Part shown: in pieces, positions 36,576 through 47,440 of the stretch | How the letters are laid out: the number at the start of each line of letters is the position of its first letter | Position numbering within the stretch: position 1 is the stretch's first letter | Assembly (NCBI GenBank): GCA_018663505.1 | Contig: JABJQG010000036.1 | Span: 2,680 to 66,679 of the forward strand | Direction of reading: 5' to 3' | DNA from: Pseudobdellovibrionaceae bacterium | GTDB lineage: Bacteria > Bdellovibrionota > Bdellovibrionia > Bdellovibrionales > UBA1609 | Length of the DNA: 64,000 nt | Program-made: the position numbers and the translations under genes | Notes under the pieces: model-generated | Databases searched by the model: none | What the model was told of the DNA's origin: nothing | Seen by the model: the letters and a program-made list of their open reading frames with translations, nothing else

Positions 36576-37754
36576 TTAAAAAGAATAGTCTACACCAAAA
36601 TTAAGCTGGGTCACCGAATTAGAGAAACTTCTTGACGCATCTTGATTGTTATTTACATATGCTTTTGTAGCGGACAGGGTTACATTTTTTAAATTAGCAA
36701 AAGCCCCCCAATTTCTCCATGGCAGGATCTGCGCATGTAATTTTAAGTCCAGATAACTCATTGATGGGATCTGAAAACTACTTACCGAGTTACTCGATAC
36801 TTCACTTACGGAACAGTTCAACAAACACATGCCATATATAAAATCAAAGCTCATCTTTAAATCTTCACTTTTCATATGAAAACCAAAATCTAAACCAGAG
36901 CCAGCCATAAATAGACTGGGATTCCCTTTTTCCTCAAAAAGGTATCCATACCAACCAACCATGGGCATCAAGGTAAAGCTTGAAAAACTTAAAGTGTACT
37001 TATCTACAAATAGATAGTTATAACTCAACTGTGAATAAGAGAGACTTACAAAGCTACCTGTAGCATCGGTTGGTGTTGATAAATTTTTCTCCCCCACTGA
37101 GTAATCAACAAATATTCTTGAATTTTCACTCAGTGTGGAAACAAAATTAAATCCATACAACGAAGCGCTTCCACTAAAATCTTCACCTTCTACATCTGTT
37201 GAGTTGAGACCCAAGCCAAAGTAAAATGAAATATAATCAGTATTAAAAGCTCGCTTCCACTTTGAAATTACCTGTGGCGAAGCAACTATAACAAAATCTC
37301 CAACAAAAATTTCTTCCACAGACACACATTCATTAGTAGAGGCCACTATTTGAGTAGCCTCCATGGATATAAACTTTAACAAACATATGTCTCGGTCACT
37401 GCGAATATAAGAAACAAACTGGCCATCAGTTATTTTCAACCCACCCTTAGTGTCTTTTAAGTAAATCAGGTTATTCTCAGAGATGACCCTTTCAACTTGA
37501 ATACCGCTATTTCTAAAATCTTGAGGTAGTGGACGTGGGGCTTTCTTTTTAGAGTTTCCTAGTCCTAAAAATGAAAACATCCCCGAGGAGCCTTCCTTGG
37601 GTACAGGTTTACTCGCACTATTTTCAATTTTTACCTTGTCAGCTTCAACATTCTTTTGTTCACTTTTCTTATCCCCATCTAGCTGAGAGCTTTGAGCATA
37701 AGAATGTCCATGAAAAAATACAATTATCGTAAATAGAAATATAGCTAACCTCAT
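36576..37754 (-). CDS. Putative outer-membrane beta-barrel protein
   Basis: 392 aa with a signal peptide (..GHSYA|Q), alternating-hydrophobicity strands in the C-terminal half and a terminal ..FGVDYSF (aromatic C-terminus). Confidence 0.45.
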   Translation of the reverse strand: MRLAIFLFTIIVFFHGHSYAQSSQLDGDKKSEQKNVEADKVKIENSASKPVPKEGSSGMFSFLGLGNSKKKAPRPLPQDFRNSGIQVERVISENNLIYLKDTKGGLKITDGQFVSYIRSDRDICLLKFISMEATQIVASTNECVSVEEIFVGDFVIVASPQVISKWKRAFNTDYISFYFGLGLNSTDVEGEDFSGSASLYGFNFVSTLSENSRIFVDYSVGEKNLSTPTDATGSFVSLSYSQLSYNYLFVDKYTLSFSSFTLMPMVGWYGYLFEEKGNPSLFMAGSGLDFGFHMKSEDLKMSFDFIYGMCLLNCSVSEVSSNSVSSFQIPSMSYLDLKLHAQILPWRNWGAFANLKNVTLSATKAYVNNNQDASRSFSNSVTQLNFGVDYSF

Positions 37755-37887
37755 AAGTTTATATTACATTTGCTACTCACTATTGAATATGTTTCTTCAC
37801 TTTTCACTAGATCATAGTCATAGGTTTCACTACCAAAGCCTAGCTATGTTTTAATAAAACACAATAAGGTTCCGATAGATGTAAAGA

Positions 37888-40392
37888 ATGAAAAACACGA
37901 AACAATTTTTATTTTTAACACTTATTTGTCTCAGTCTACTTCTTGGTTCATGCGCTCCTGCGCCACCGCCTTTGGTTACTGAATCCACAGACATTGGCTC
38001 CAAACCAGATCCAACTCCTGAACCACCCGTAGTAACGCCCGTGGATGAGAATGCAAATTTTATTGTCACTCCAGTTAATGGATGGGCAAAATTGCACTCC
38101 CCTTCAGAGGTGGACGGTGCATATTTTGGACGAAGCATGGCGGCTGGTGACTTTAATGCTGATGGGATTATCGACTTTGCTGCCGGCATTCCCTATGCTG
38201 ATCTTGAACGATTAAATAATGACACCGGTGGAGTTCTGATATTCTATCGAGGTGGAAGTCGTAGTATCACTCCTGATGACTCATATAATAAAGTCATTTC
38301 TGCCCCAAACACTAATAATAACCTCTTTGGTTTTTCACTTTTAAGTTTTGACATCAACGGTGATAATTACTCGGATCTCATTGTTGGCTCCCCCAATGAG
38401 GATCCTGGAAACCGCGGAGCCATTTATATTTTTCTTGGATCAAGCAACGGGCTCCCCTCAGTTCCCTCCCAGGTTATTGTGGAACCCAACGGAACAGCTA
38501 GCAGCGGATTCGGAAGCAGTCTGGCTTATGGAGATTTGGATGGTGATGGTTTTTCTGAACTTATTGTTGGCGCATTTTATGATGACAGCACTACTACAGA
38601 TGCTGGGTCTGTGTGGATTCTCCAGGGACAAGCCTCTGGCGTATACTCTGCAGGGCTTGCTACTGAAATCACAGATTCTACAGGTACAGCAAGTGACTAT
38701 TTTGGTGCATCCGTAGCTGTGTTAGATAAAAACAATGATGGCAACTTAGATATTGCTATAGGTGCGCCCCTAGAAGATAGCGCAGCTGCAAACTCAGGCA
38801 TGGTGTTTTTTTATTATGGTACAGGTACCACTGCCTGGGTTAATAGTGTAACGACCTTTGACGACTCCATAGAAAACCCTATGGGCATAGCTACAGATTA
38901 TTTCGGATGGGATATTGCTGCTGGTGATATTAATAATGATAACAAAGTAGACCTTATCGTTGGCGTGCCACTTAATAATCAATTTGGTGCCGATCAAGGC
39001 ATGGCCATTGTCTACTACGACATTCAAACAGATAGTAACGTAGATTATATTTTACCTGGAGCTATTGGAGATTTTACAACTTCCTATTCTGGGTACGGTA
39101 TTAAACTATTAGATGTTAATGGTGATGGCAATTTAGATTTCATCAATGGGTCCCCCCTATTCACAAGTAGTTACTCTTATAGAGAGGGCCGTATTGATGT
39201 TTACTTAGCTGAGTCCAATGGAAATATATATTTCGATAATTCTGATATTACATTTTTTCCACATTATAATGAAAATGGCTCTTATAATTCTTCAAACGAT
39301 TATTTCGGCTGGGGGGTTTGCTCTGGAGATGTTAATGGAGATAACCTTGATGATCTCATTGTTGGTGCCCCTAACGCTGATTCTAAATGGCTTGATGAAG
39401 GCATGATGTATGTCTATTACGCCAACAGCTCTGGAACTATTTATAACAAGCCGGATCTTATTTTAAGTTCTGGAGGCTATCGTGCAACTACTAGATTATA
39501 TGGAACATCTTGTTCTATTTTAGATATAAACGGAGATAGTATTAACGACCTAGTGGTTGGGGCAAATTATGATGACACTCGAGGTACAAATGCTGGAGCT
39601 ATTTATATACACTTTGGAACAAGCTCTGGGTTAACTAATATACCTGGCCAAAGTGTTGTTGATCCTGCTGACAACAATGACTCTTTTGGTCAATCTCTCG
39701 CCTTTGGTGATATTAATAATGACGGTTTTAATGACCTTGTTGTGGGAGCATACTTGGACGATACTGGGTCCGCTGATAGAGGTGCTGTTTACGTCTTTGA
39801 ATCCAATAATACCACTGGCATTATTGATTTTACATCTTCTACTAAAATTCAAACCACTGTAGGGACTAATGTTTATTTTGGTTACGCCGTTGGAATTATG
39901 GATATGGATGGTGATGGAAACCAGGACCTTCTTGTGGGCGCACCATATAATGACACTGTAGCATCCAACTCTGGAAGGGTGGAAATTTTTAATAATGCTG
40001 GGACTGTGAATACACTTTTAGACACAACTGCTGATAGCTTTCTCTACCACCCTTTTAATGCAGCAAATTCGCAGTTTGGTTCGGCCATTGCCAGTGGAAA
40101 ATATTTAAATGCTACCTATGAAGATTTATTTATAGGTTCTTTTTTAGATGATACAGTTTATGCAGACTCTGGCGCAGTTTATGGCTACTTGGGTTCTGTT
40201 ACTGGTCCCTCTGCAAGCTTTACACACTCTTATGTGGGGCTGGACGGCTTAGAAAGCGTTACAGAAGGGCTTGGCACGAGCATCACTATCTTTGATTTTA
40301 ACCAAGACGGGAACAATGATCTTGGCATTGGTGCCGCATATGACGACCATACAGGCCGAGAAGCTGGTTCTGTATACATTAAAGTGGAATAA
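37888..40392 (+). CDS. FG-GAP (integrin-alpha-like) repeat lipoprotein
   Basis: 834 aa with lipobox LLGSC. It has a dozen or more repeats of FG.S.a.GD.NgDG..DL.VGAP. Confidence 0.85.
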   Translation: MKNTKQFLFLTLICLSLLLGSCAPAPPPLVTESTDIGSKPDPTPEPPVVTPVDENANFIVTPVNGWAKLHSPSEVDGAYFGRSMAAGDFNADGIIDFAAGIPYADLERLNNDTGGVLIFYRGGSRSITPDDSYNKVISAPNTNNNLFGFSLLSFDINGDNYSDLIVGSPNEDPGNRGAIYIFLGSSNGLPSVPSQVIVEPNGTASSGFGSSLAYGDLDGDGFSELIVGAFYDDSTTTDAGSVWILQGQASGVYSAGLATEITDSTGTASDYFGASVAVLDKNNDGNLDIAIGAPLEDSAAANSGMVFFYYGTGTTAWVNSVTTFDDSIENPMGIATDYFGWDIAAGDINNDNKVDLIVGVPLNNQFGADQGMAIVYYDIQTDSNVDYILPGAIGDFTTSYSGYGIKLLDVNGDGNLDFINGSPLFTSSYSYREGRIDVYLAESNGNIYFDNSDITFFPHYNENGSYNSSNDYFGWGVCSGDVNGDNLDDLIVGAPNADSKWLDEGMMYVYYANSSGTIYNKPDLILSSGGYRATTRLYGTSCSILDINGDSINDLVVGANYDDTRGTNAGAIYIHFGTSSGLTNIPGQSVVDPADNNDSFGQSLAFGDINNDGFNDLVVGAYLDDTGSADRGAVYVFESNNTTGIIDFTSSTKIQTTVGTNVYFGYAVGIMDMDGDGNQDLLVGAPYNDTVASNSGRVEIFNNAGTVNTLLDTTADSFLYHPFNAANSQFGSAIASGKYLNATYEDLFIGSFLDDTVYADSGAVYGYLGSVTGPSASFTHSYVGLDGLESVTEGLGTSITIFDFNQDGNNDLGIGAAYDDHTGREAGSVYIKVE

Positions 40393-40491
40393 CATTCACC
40401 CTATCCTTATATTTCAAATTCATACCTCTCGGGACAAGGTGCGTAAAATTCGAATATGAATTTTCTTCTGCTTATTCATTTCATAATTTGA

Positions 40492-41424
40492 ATGTATCAT
40501 ATCATCAAAAAAGGAACTTTTTTGGGAAACCATCAACACCACAACCACTCTCATCATCATCACGGCCATGGTAAATCTCTATTTTGGGCTATTATTGTTA
40601 ACTTAGTGCTCACCGTAGTCCAAGTTATTGGTGGCTTACTTTCCGGCAGCCTCTCATTAATTGCAGATGCTCTTCATAATTTTAGTGATGCAGGAGCAAT
40701 AATTATTGCTTATGCTGCCCAAAGGATTTCTGGACTCCCCGCCAATAACAGCATGACTTTTGGATATGGCCGCGCACAAATATTAGGAGCTTTAATTAAT
40801 AGCGTTACTTTAGTGCTTATTGGTTTTTACTTATTTTACGAAGCCATTATCAGATTTCAACACCCAGAACCCATCGATGGATGGGTCGTTATCATTGTGG
40901 CATCAGTGGCCTTAATTGTTGACCTAGTTACTGCTTTACTCACATACGCTGGTTCTAAAGAAAGTGTAAATATTAAGGCCGCTTTTATACACAATGTTTC
41001 TGATGCCATGGCATCTGTTGTGGTTATTATTTCTGGTATTTTAGTTCTAAACTTTAGTATCTATTGGGTGGACCAAATTGCTACAATGTTTATTTCAATT
41101 TTTGTACTTTTTCACTCCTGGGGTCTCATCAAAAGCTGTGTTAAAACTCTTATGCAAGCTGTTCCTGATGATATTGATCGCAATGAAGTAGTAAGATTAA
41201 TTTCCGCTATCAAAGGTGTCACAAACATACACCATGTGCATATCTGGGCTATTCATGAGAAGTTTCGTTCTTTAGAAGCGCATATTGTTGTAGATAGTGA
41301 CAATCTAAATCAAGTAGAGTGTGTTAAAAAAGAAATAAAAGCTGTTTTAAAATCAACCTTTCAAATTAACCATTCTACCTTAGAAATCGAAAGTAGAAAC
41401 TCAACTTGTAAGCTTACCAATTAA
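40492..41424 (+). CDS. Cation diffusion facilitator (CzcD/ZitB-like) metal efflux transporter
   Basis: 310 aa with a His-rich N-terminus (HQHHNHSHHHHGHG), six TM helices, the LSLIADALHNFSD and HNVSDA metal-site motifs, and a C-terminal cytoplasmic domain (VHHVHIW). Confidence 0.88.
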   Translation: MYHIIKKGTFLGNHQHHNHSHHHHGHGKSLFWAIIVNLVLTVVQVIGGLLSGSLSLIADALHNFSDAGAIIIAYAAQRISGLPANNSMTFGYGRAQILGALINSVTLVLIGFYLFYEAIIRFQHPEPIDGWVVIIVASVALIVDLVTALLTYAGSKESVNIKAAFIHNVSDAMASVVVIISGILVLNFSIYWVDQIATMFISIFVLFHSWGLIKSCVKTLMQAVPDDIDRNEVVRLISAIKGVTNIHHVHIWAIHEKFRSLEAHIVVDSDNLNQVECVKKEIKAVLKSTFQINHSTLEIESRNSTCKLTN

Positions 41425-41678
41425 AATATGACTCTGACATTTTGTACTTTGGGCTCATTTTAGGGACAAATTTGTAATTTTTTCAAAAAAAGCTTAATTT
41501 TTTGGACAAAGTCCAAGGAGTTATAAGTTTTTTAACATCTTTACAATTTGCTATTGTAAAAAATTCAATCAGCTAATACACCTCTCAGTAAATTAAAACA
41601 TTGGTTTTTATTTAAACTAAATAGAAGCATTAAAACAAACAAACTAACAAAGATCACTATTGATCAAAGGGGATAATA

Positions 41679-42164
41679 ATGAAAAAAATGATTATATTAG
41701 CAACCTTGCTAATTGGAGCAACTGCATTTGGTGCAAATAAAAATAGTAGCTGGGCTGAGATTTCTAATGATAATAAACTAGTTGTGGAAGAGCCTCACAT
41801 CCATTTCGGAAACACAACGATTAGTGCTTTTGAAGTATGTATTGCCTCTGATACTATGTTCAGAACAATTAGCAAAAAACAAACTTATAACCGTGTAAGC
41901 AATGGCGATAATGACAACTGGGTTCCTGCTGGAAAAAAACATCTTTACACATCTCGCACTTATAAAGATGAAATATGTGAAGACACATCTGACAGCGGTT
42001 GCACTATGCTCGGAACTCCTTGGACAGTTATTGACGTTGAGTATTTCACTAACTACAGAGTTGAAGTATACCGCGCTAGTGATATTTCAACCGGTGATAA
42101 CGACAACAGCATGTACAGACGTCCAAGGTTTTCAAAATCTTATTCTATTTCTAACTGCAGATAA
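41679..42164 (+). CDS. Hypothetical small secreted protein
   Basis: 161 aa with a signal peptide (..ATAFG|A), an RBS-like aaagggga upstream and a strong terminator downstream. Confidence 0.55.
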   Translation: MKKMIILATLLIGATAFGANKNSSWAEISNDNKLVVEEPHIHFGNTTISAFEVCIASDTMFRTISKKQTYNRVSNGDNDNWVPAGKKHLYTSRTYKDEICEDTSDSGCTMLGTPWTVIDVEYFTNYRVEVYRASDISTGDNDNSMYRRPRFSKSYSISNCR

Positions 42165-42182
42165 GACTCATTATTCTTAATT

Positions 42183-42216
42183 AAAAAAAGCCCATTGATA
42201 TATGGGCTTTTTTTTA
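42183..42216. terminator. Bidirectional Rho-independent terminator
   Basis: aaaaaaAGCCCATtgatatATGGGCTttttttt lies between convergent genes. The A-run and T-run flank a 7-bp GC-containing stem. Confidence 0.8.
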
Positions 42217-42282
42217 CTTGTAAATGTAGATAGAAATATAACAATTAAAGTGTAAAAATACTCAGCGTAGGTAAACAATTAC

Positions 42283-43437
42283 CTACAATTCAAAATCAGT
42301 AAAATCTTCTTTGGAAATTTCATTTTTAATTGCGCCAACCAGGTAAGAACTAATTTCCGCTTCTTGTGGTGCTACTTGAACATTATCACTTTTTAACCAA
42401 GCACCCATCCAAGGCAAAGGGTCACTTTTACTACCAAATATAGGCTCAAGATTAATTGATTTCATTCTTAGATCCGTAATATACTCCACATAGTCATTAA
42501 CAATATCCACATTAAGACCAATCATTGAACCATCTTTAAATAAATACTTCGCCCAATCCTTTTCTTGCTGAGCCGCCTCTTTAAACATAGCTATAACTTC
42601 ATCTTCACACTCATCAGCTATATCAATCATCTCAGGATCATCTTTGCCTGTGGCAAAAATCTTTAATATTTTTTGTGTTCCTGCCAAGTGCAGGGCTTCA
42701 TCCCGAGCAATTAACTTAATGATTTTTGCATTCCCCTCCATGAGAGCACGTTCTGCAAATGCAAAGGAACAGGCAAAACTCACATAAAAACGAACCCCCT
42801 CTACTATGTTCACAGATGCTAAACACAAATAAAGAGCTTTTTTAAGTTCAGACATGGATACAATTACTTTTTCTCCATTAATGGTGTGCTCGCCAGCCCC
42901 TAATAAGGAGTAGAGCTGAACCATACTTATAAGTTTATCATAATACTCTGTTACCGAGGATGCGCGTTTTTTAATTTCCTCATTAACAACGATATCTTCA
43001 AAAACCTCAGAGGGGTCTGCTAAAATATTACGAATAATATGAGTGTAACTACGACTATGTATGGTTTCATTGGCGGCCCAAGTCTCTATCCAAGTTTCAG
43101 CTTCTGGAATGGATACTATTGGTAAAAAAGCCATATTCGGCGAGCGCCCTTGAATGCTATCAAGTAAAGTCTGATATTTTAAATTACTTAAAAAAATATG
43201 CTGCTCATGATCTGTCATATTTGAAAAGTCACTACGATCCTTTGATAGGTCAACTTCTTCAGGGCGCCAAAAAAATGAAAGCTGCTTATCAATTAAATTT
43301 TCAAAAATGCGGTGCTTTTGCTGATCATAACGAGCCACATTCACATTTTCACCAAAAAACATAGGTTCTTTGAGTGCGTCTACCTGATTTTTATTAAAAG
43401 TTGTATAAGCCATATTCTTCCTCTTTTGCTTGCTCAT
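42283..43437 (-). CDS. nrdB: Ribonucleotide-diphosphate reductase class Ia beta subunit
   Basis: 384 aa. The di-iron ligand regions (E..HS..Y, ..EG..F.. and RDE.LH) resemble E. coli NrdB, and the C-terminus is an acidic tail. The gene lies 30 nt downstream of nrdA. Confidence 0.9.
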   Translation of the reverse strand: MSKQKRKNMAYTTFNKNQVDALKEPMFFGENVNVARYDQQKHRIFENLIDKQLSFFWRPEEVDLSKDRSDFSNMTDHEQHIFLSNLKYQTLLDSIQGRSPNMAFLPIVSIPEAETWIETWAANETIHSRSYTHIIRNILADPSEVFEDIVVNEEIKKRASSVTEYYDKLISMVQLYSLLGAGEHTINGEKVIVSMSELKKALYLCLASVNIVEGVRFYVSFACSFAFAERALMEGNAKIIKLIARDEALHLAGTQKILKIFATGKDDPEMIDIADECEDEVIAMFKEAAQQEKDWAKYLFKDGSMIGLNVDIVNDYVEYITDLRMKSINLEPIFGSKSDPLPWMGAWLKSDNVQVAPQEAEISSYLVGAIKNEISKEDFTDFEL

Positions 43438-43467
43438 TGAGATACCAAGATGTGCTTGGCTTGCAAA

Positions 43468-45843
43468 TCAGATTTTGCAAGCACCACCATCACAGCCGTC
43501 ATCTTCTTCCATTCCATGTTCATCACTGGAGCCATCTTTAGTATTATGATAATAAAGTGTTTTAATACCCAGCTTATATGCCAAGAGAAGATCACTAAGC
43601 AAGAGTTTCATAGGAACCTTTCCTTCCGGATAACGGGCTGGATCATAATTTGTGTTGGCAGAAATGGCTTGATCTACAAACTTTTGCATTACCCCAACTA
43701 ATTGCAGGTAACCTTTGTTATCTGCGATACTCCAGTTTAACTCATAATCGTCTTTTAATGACTCATAATCTGGCACAACTTGCTTTAATACACCGTCTTT
43801 GCTCGCTTTTACGCTCACAAAACCTCTTGGTGGCTCAATACCATTTGTACTATTAGACACTTGACTAGAGGTCTCACTAGGCATTAAGGCCGTGACTGTA
43901 CTATTTCTTAAACCGTGCTGCTTAATATCTGCGCGTAAGCCATCCCAATCTAAATGCAATTTTTCATCACAAATCTTATCAATTTCTTTTTTATAAGTAT
44001 CGATAGTCATTAAACCTTGTGCATATTTTGTTTCACTAAATTTATGACAAGGACCTTGTTCTTGCGCCAACTTATTGGATGCCTTTAACAACCAAAATTG
44101 CAGGGCTTCAAAGGTTCTATGAGTTAAATTCAAACCTGACCCATCAGAATACTTCGCTCCATTTTTAGCTAAATAATAAGCATAGTTAATCACACCCACA
44201 CCCAATGGTCTGCGATCCATTGAAGAACGATAGGCTGCATCTATAGGATAACTTTGATAATCCAGCAAACCATCCAAAGCGCGAACAACTAAATCGGAAA
44301 GATTTTCTAACTCATCAAGTTTATCAATGGTTCCCAAGTTAATAGCGGACAAAGTACAAAGTGCGATTTCCCCTTCTTTATCCTCTACAGAATTTAAAGG
44401 CTGTGTGGGTAAGGCAATTTCCAAACAAAGGTTACTTTGACGAATAGGAGCTACCTTAGGATCAAAAGGACCATGATCATTAGTATGATCCACATTTTGT
44501 AAATAAATTCTTCCCGTATTAGCCCTTTCTGATGCGAACAAAGAAAATAACTCTATAGCTGGTACAGATTTTTTACGAATATTCTCATCTTGTTCAAACT
44601 CTTCATAAAGACGTTTAAATTCATCTTGGTCTGCAAAAAAAGCATCGTAAAGACCAGGAACATCTGAAGGACTAAACAATGAAATATTTTTTGATTGAAT
44701 TAAACGTTCATACATTAATTTGTTAAACTGAACCCCATAATCTAGGTGACGAACACGGTTTTCGTCTACCCCTCTATTATTTTTAAGCACTAGTAAAGAT
44801 TCTACTTCTAAATGCCAAACTGGGAAAAACAATGTGGCTGCACCACCTCGTACTCCACCCTGGGAGCAGCTCTTTACAGCTGATTGAAATAATTTATAAA
44901 ATGGTATACAGCCTGTGTGAAAAGCCTCTCCACCTCTAATGGGAGACCCTACGGCTCTAATTTTTCCAGCATTTACGCCAATACCTGCTCGTTGACTCAC
45001 ATACTTCACAATGGAAGATGCTGTGGCATTAATTGAATCTAAGGAATCTCCACATTCAATTAATACACAAGAGCTAAACTGACGGGTTCTTGTGCGAACT
45101 CCTGCCATAATGGGAGTTGGTAGTGATATTTTAAAAGTAGATGTGGCATCATAAAAACGTTTTACATAACCCATACGTGTTTCTTTAGGGTATTTTGCAA
45201 ACAAAGTAGCGGCAATCATCATATATAAAAACTGCGGACTTTCAAAAATTTCACCGGTAACACGGTTTTGAACTAGGTACTTACCTTCAAGTTGTTTAAT
45301 GCCAGCGTAACTAAAACTGAGATCGCGACTGTGATCTAAATATTTATCTAAATCAATAAACTCTGCTTGTGTATAAAATTCTAAAATTTCAGAATCATAC
45401 CACTCAAGGTCCACCAAACGTTTTATATGATTATACAAAGACGGAGGAGCAAATTGCCCAAAGGCTCTTTTTCTTAAATGGAAAACAGTTAAACGTGCAG
45501 AAAGATATTGATAATTAGGATAGCTTTCTGAAATTAGATCAGCAGCAGCTTTAATAATTGTTTCATGGATATCATAAGTTTTAATACCGTCAAAAAACTG
45601 AATTTTAGATTTAAGTTCCACTTCAGATACAGAAACATTATCAAGACCTTCAGCAGCCCACGCAATAACCTTATGTATTTTTTCTAGATTAAGAGGCTCC
45701 TTTTCGCCATTTCTTTTAACTGCATAAATAAGCTCTTTACTTTTATGTAATGAAGCACTTTCTGAAATAACTTTGTCAACTGAAGCCCCCTGCGCGCCAT
45801 TATCTCTTAACTCATCTTTGACTTTTACTCTTTCAATTTCCAT
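43468..45843 (-). CDS. nrdA: Ribonucleotide-diphosphate reductase class Ia alpha subunit
   Basis: 791 aa with an ATP-cone (VKRNGEKEPLNLEKI), the active-site regions (SNLCLEI, PSETSS) and an E. coli-like C-terminus ..CDGGACKI. Confidence 0.93.
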   Translation of the reverse strand: MEIERVKVKDELRDNGAQGASVDKVISESASLHKSKELIYAVKRNGEKEPLNLEKIHKVIAWAAEGLDNVSVSEVELKSKIQFFDGIKTYDIHETIIKAAADLISESYPNYQYLSARLTVFHLRKRAFGQFAPPSLYNHIKRLVDLEWYDSEILEFYTQAEFIDLDKYLDHSRDLSFSYAGIKQLEGKYLVQNRVTGEIFESPQFLYMMIAATLFAKYPKETRMGYVKRFYDATSTFKISLPTPIMAGVRTRTRQFSSCVLIECGDSLDSINATASSIVKYVSQRAGIGVNAGKIRAVGSPIRGGEAFHTGCIPFYKLFQSAVKSCSQGGVRGGAATLFFPVWHLEVESLLVLKNNRGVDENRVRHLDYGVQFNKLMYERLIQSKNISLFSPSDVPGLYDAFFADQDEFKRLYEEFEQDENIRKKSVPAIELFSLFASERANTGRIYLQNVDHTNDHGPFDPKVAPIRQSNLCLEIALPTQPLNSVEDKEGEIALCTLSAINLGTIDKLDELENLSDLVVRALDGLLDYQSYPIDAAYRSSMDRRPLGVGVINYAYYLAKNGAKYSDGSGLNLTHRTFEALQFWLLKASNKLAQEQGPCHKFSETKYAQGLMTIDTYKKEIDKICDEKLHLDWDGLRADIKQHGLRNSTVTALMPSETSSQVSNSTNGIEPPRGFVSVKASKDGVLKQVVPDYESLKDDYELNWSIADNKGYLQLVGVMQKFVDQAISANTNYDPARYPEGKVPMKLLLSDLLLAYKLGIKTLYYHNTKDGSSDEHGMEEDDGCDGGACKI

Positions 45844-46293
45844 TCTTTTTTCCCTCTTAATTTAGCACTTTTCAGTGATCAAATTTCAATTTTGAGAAAA
45901 AGAAACCACTTTATGGTTACCCATAAACAAAGAATTCCTTTTCTTAAAGTAACAGCAAAGCCATTTGCTGCATCTTTTTTCTATGATTTTACTCGTGCAA
46001 ACACTCATCCGAAGAGTCATCGTGTTGATAGGACATAGCCTAGCGATCTCAACTTAATTTCGTCAATAAGAAGAAGTTGCGTCACCAAAATAAAGTATTT
46101 TTTTTCTCTAATCCAATCTATTTAATTCTCAAATCAAAATTAGACTGCCGATTTTATCAGCTGCTTAATTATGTAACTGTATGGATATAAAAACTGAATA
46201 TAAATTAAACAGCACAATAATCGTACATTTAATAAACTCTATTCATAAATTAATTAAGAAAATACCGGAGGGTTATTTAAGATTATAAATCTA

Positions 46294-46866
46294 TTAATTA
46301 ATGAGTGAAGACTCAATGTAAAGGTAATGATGGTCATTGTCTTTAATAGCTTCAAAATAAATACCTTCATTGAGATGAAACTCAAAACTACGATCTGTAG
46401 TAAAGCTAATGATCATTCCTAAATTATTAAATTGGCTTGTGACAATGTCCCCATATATATTAATAAATTCAATACCCTGGCCTGTGGTTCTTAGTTCGTT
46501 CGATAGCCTTTTGCTAGTATCTTTGGACAAGCCATAGTTAATACTATTTTTAGCTCTTTTTGATCTTGATTTATTACGAATAATTTTAGGAGCCCAGTAA
46601 ACAAATGGAACTGATGTTGCTCCAAGTGCTTCTAAGTGAGTAAATACAATAGACATTCCATACATGGATGACTTGGAAACCTTCACTTTACCTTTTGCTA
46701 ATTTTATTTTAACATTTTCTTCCTGAATATTTTTATCTCCCTCACTAAATAAAACTGAATTCCAGTAAGGTAAGTCAGCGAAGACCCAATGTTCATAATC
46801 ACTTGCCCAGCAAAATTGAATTTGTAATGATAATATAATTGTCAAAAAAAGCAGTTTAGTTTTCAT
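46294..46866 (-). CDS. Exported protein, paralogue-family member (full-length type), last gene of the nine-gene operon
   Basis: I prefer the internal Met (MKTKLLFLTIILSLQIQFCWA) at 46866 over the ORF-track start at 46956. It shares HWVFADLPYWNSVLFSEGD and EFINIYGDIVTSQFNNLGMIISF...YLYIES with ORFs 51629, 52231 and 52839. Confidence 0.6.
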   Translation of the reverse strand: MKTKLLFLTIILSLQIQFCWASDYEHWVFADLPYWNSVLFSEGDKNIQEENVKIKLAKGKVKVSKSSMYGMSIVFTHLEALGATSVPFVYWAPKIIRNKSRSKRAKNSINYGLSKDTSKRLSNELRTTGQGIEFINIYGDIVTSQFNNLGMIISFTTDRSFEFHLNEGIYFEAIKDNDHHYLYIESSLIN

Positions 46867-47440
46867 AACTATCCTCTGTTTTACTGTAAATAAATTTAAT
46901 GATTGCCACAGGAGGTTTATTTTTTTCAATGAGAATAAATTGGTTGGGATTTTCATTAGAGCGTCGAAATTGATATTTTGGAGTACTAAAACTTGTTATC
47001 TGTGCCGACTTATCAAATCTTATGACCTGGACGCTGCCAAACTGATTAATAAAATAATAAGACTCTTCCCATCTCACTAGTTCTTGGTTCCATTTGTTTT
47101 TGATTTTCTCAATGAGTTCATTGAGTACTTTATTTTCCAATTGTTTGTGTTTAAGTTCATCATAATCGGCATACATAGTATGCCAAGCTCCTAAGAAAAC
47201 AATATTGGCAAACAAACTATCACCGTGACCCTTGTAATTTTCAAGATCCTCGATTGTTTTAATGTAACTCTGGTTGGGACTGTTAAGAAGCTGAAATATA
47301 TAAGCTGATGGAATTGGGATTTCAAGAACCTCTAACTCTTTAGAATAAGAAAGCATTGAAAGTATAATTAACGTAAATGTGATAAGCAATTTCATATATA
47401 TCCGTACATTGTTTAGGTTAATTCTTAGAATTTTTTTCAT
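46856..47440 (-). CDS. Exported protein sharing the C-terminal module of the paralogue family
   Basis: 194 aa. The likely true start is MKLLITFTLIILSMLSYS at 47395. The C-terminal YFINQFGSVQVIRFDKSAQITSF...FILIEKNK aligns with the family module. Confidence 0.55.
   Translation of the reverse strand: MKKILRINLNNVRIYMKLLITFTLIILSMLSYSKELEVLEIPIPSAYIFQLLNSPNQSYIKTIEDLENYKGHGDSLFANIVFLGAWHTMYADYDELKHKQLENKVLNELIEKIKNKWNQELVRWEESYYFINQFGSVQVIRFDKSAQITSFSTPKYQFRRSNENPNQFILIEKNKPPVAIIKFIYSKTEDSYEN

Noticed and set aside
37851-38716. ORFs 37851-38189 (minus strand) and 38348-38716 (plus strand, alternate frame), plus other small ORFs within 38794-40459
   Set aside because: All overlap the strongly supported FG-GAP repeat gene in antisense or alternate frames. 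Their translations are low-complexity.
41902-42180. 92-aa plus-strand ORF in an alternate frame of the 41679-42164 gene
   Set aside because: The 41679 frame has an RBS, a signal peptide and ends at the terminator. The alternate frame has none of these.
45844-46293. 450-bp region upstream of nrdA, searched for NrdR boxes, a riboswitch or an sRNA
   Set aside because: I found no convincing palindromic NrdR-box pair (acaCwAtATaTwgtgt-like) and no conserved riboswitch core by eye. I found only trivial short hairpins, so nothing is claimed. A cmscan/FIMO run would be needed.
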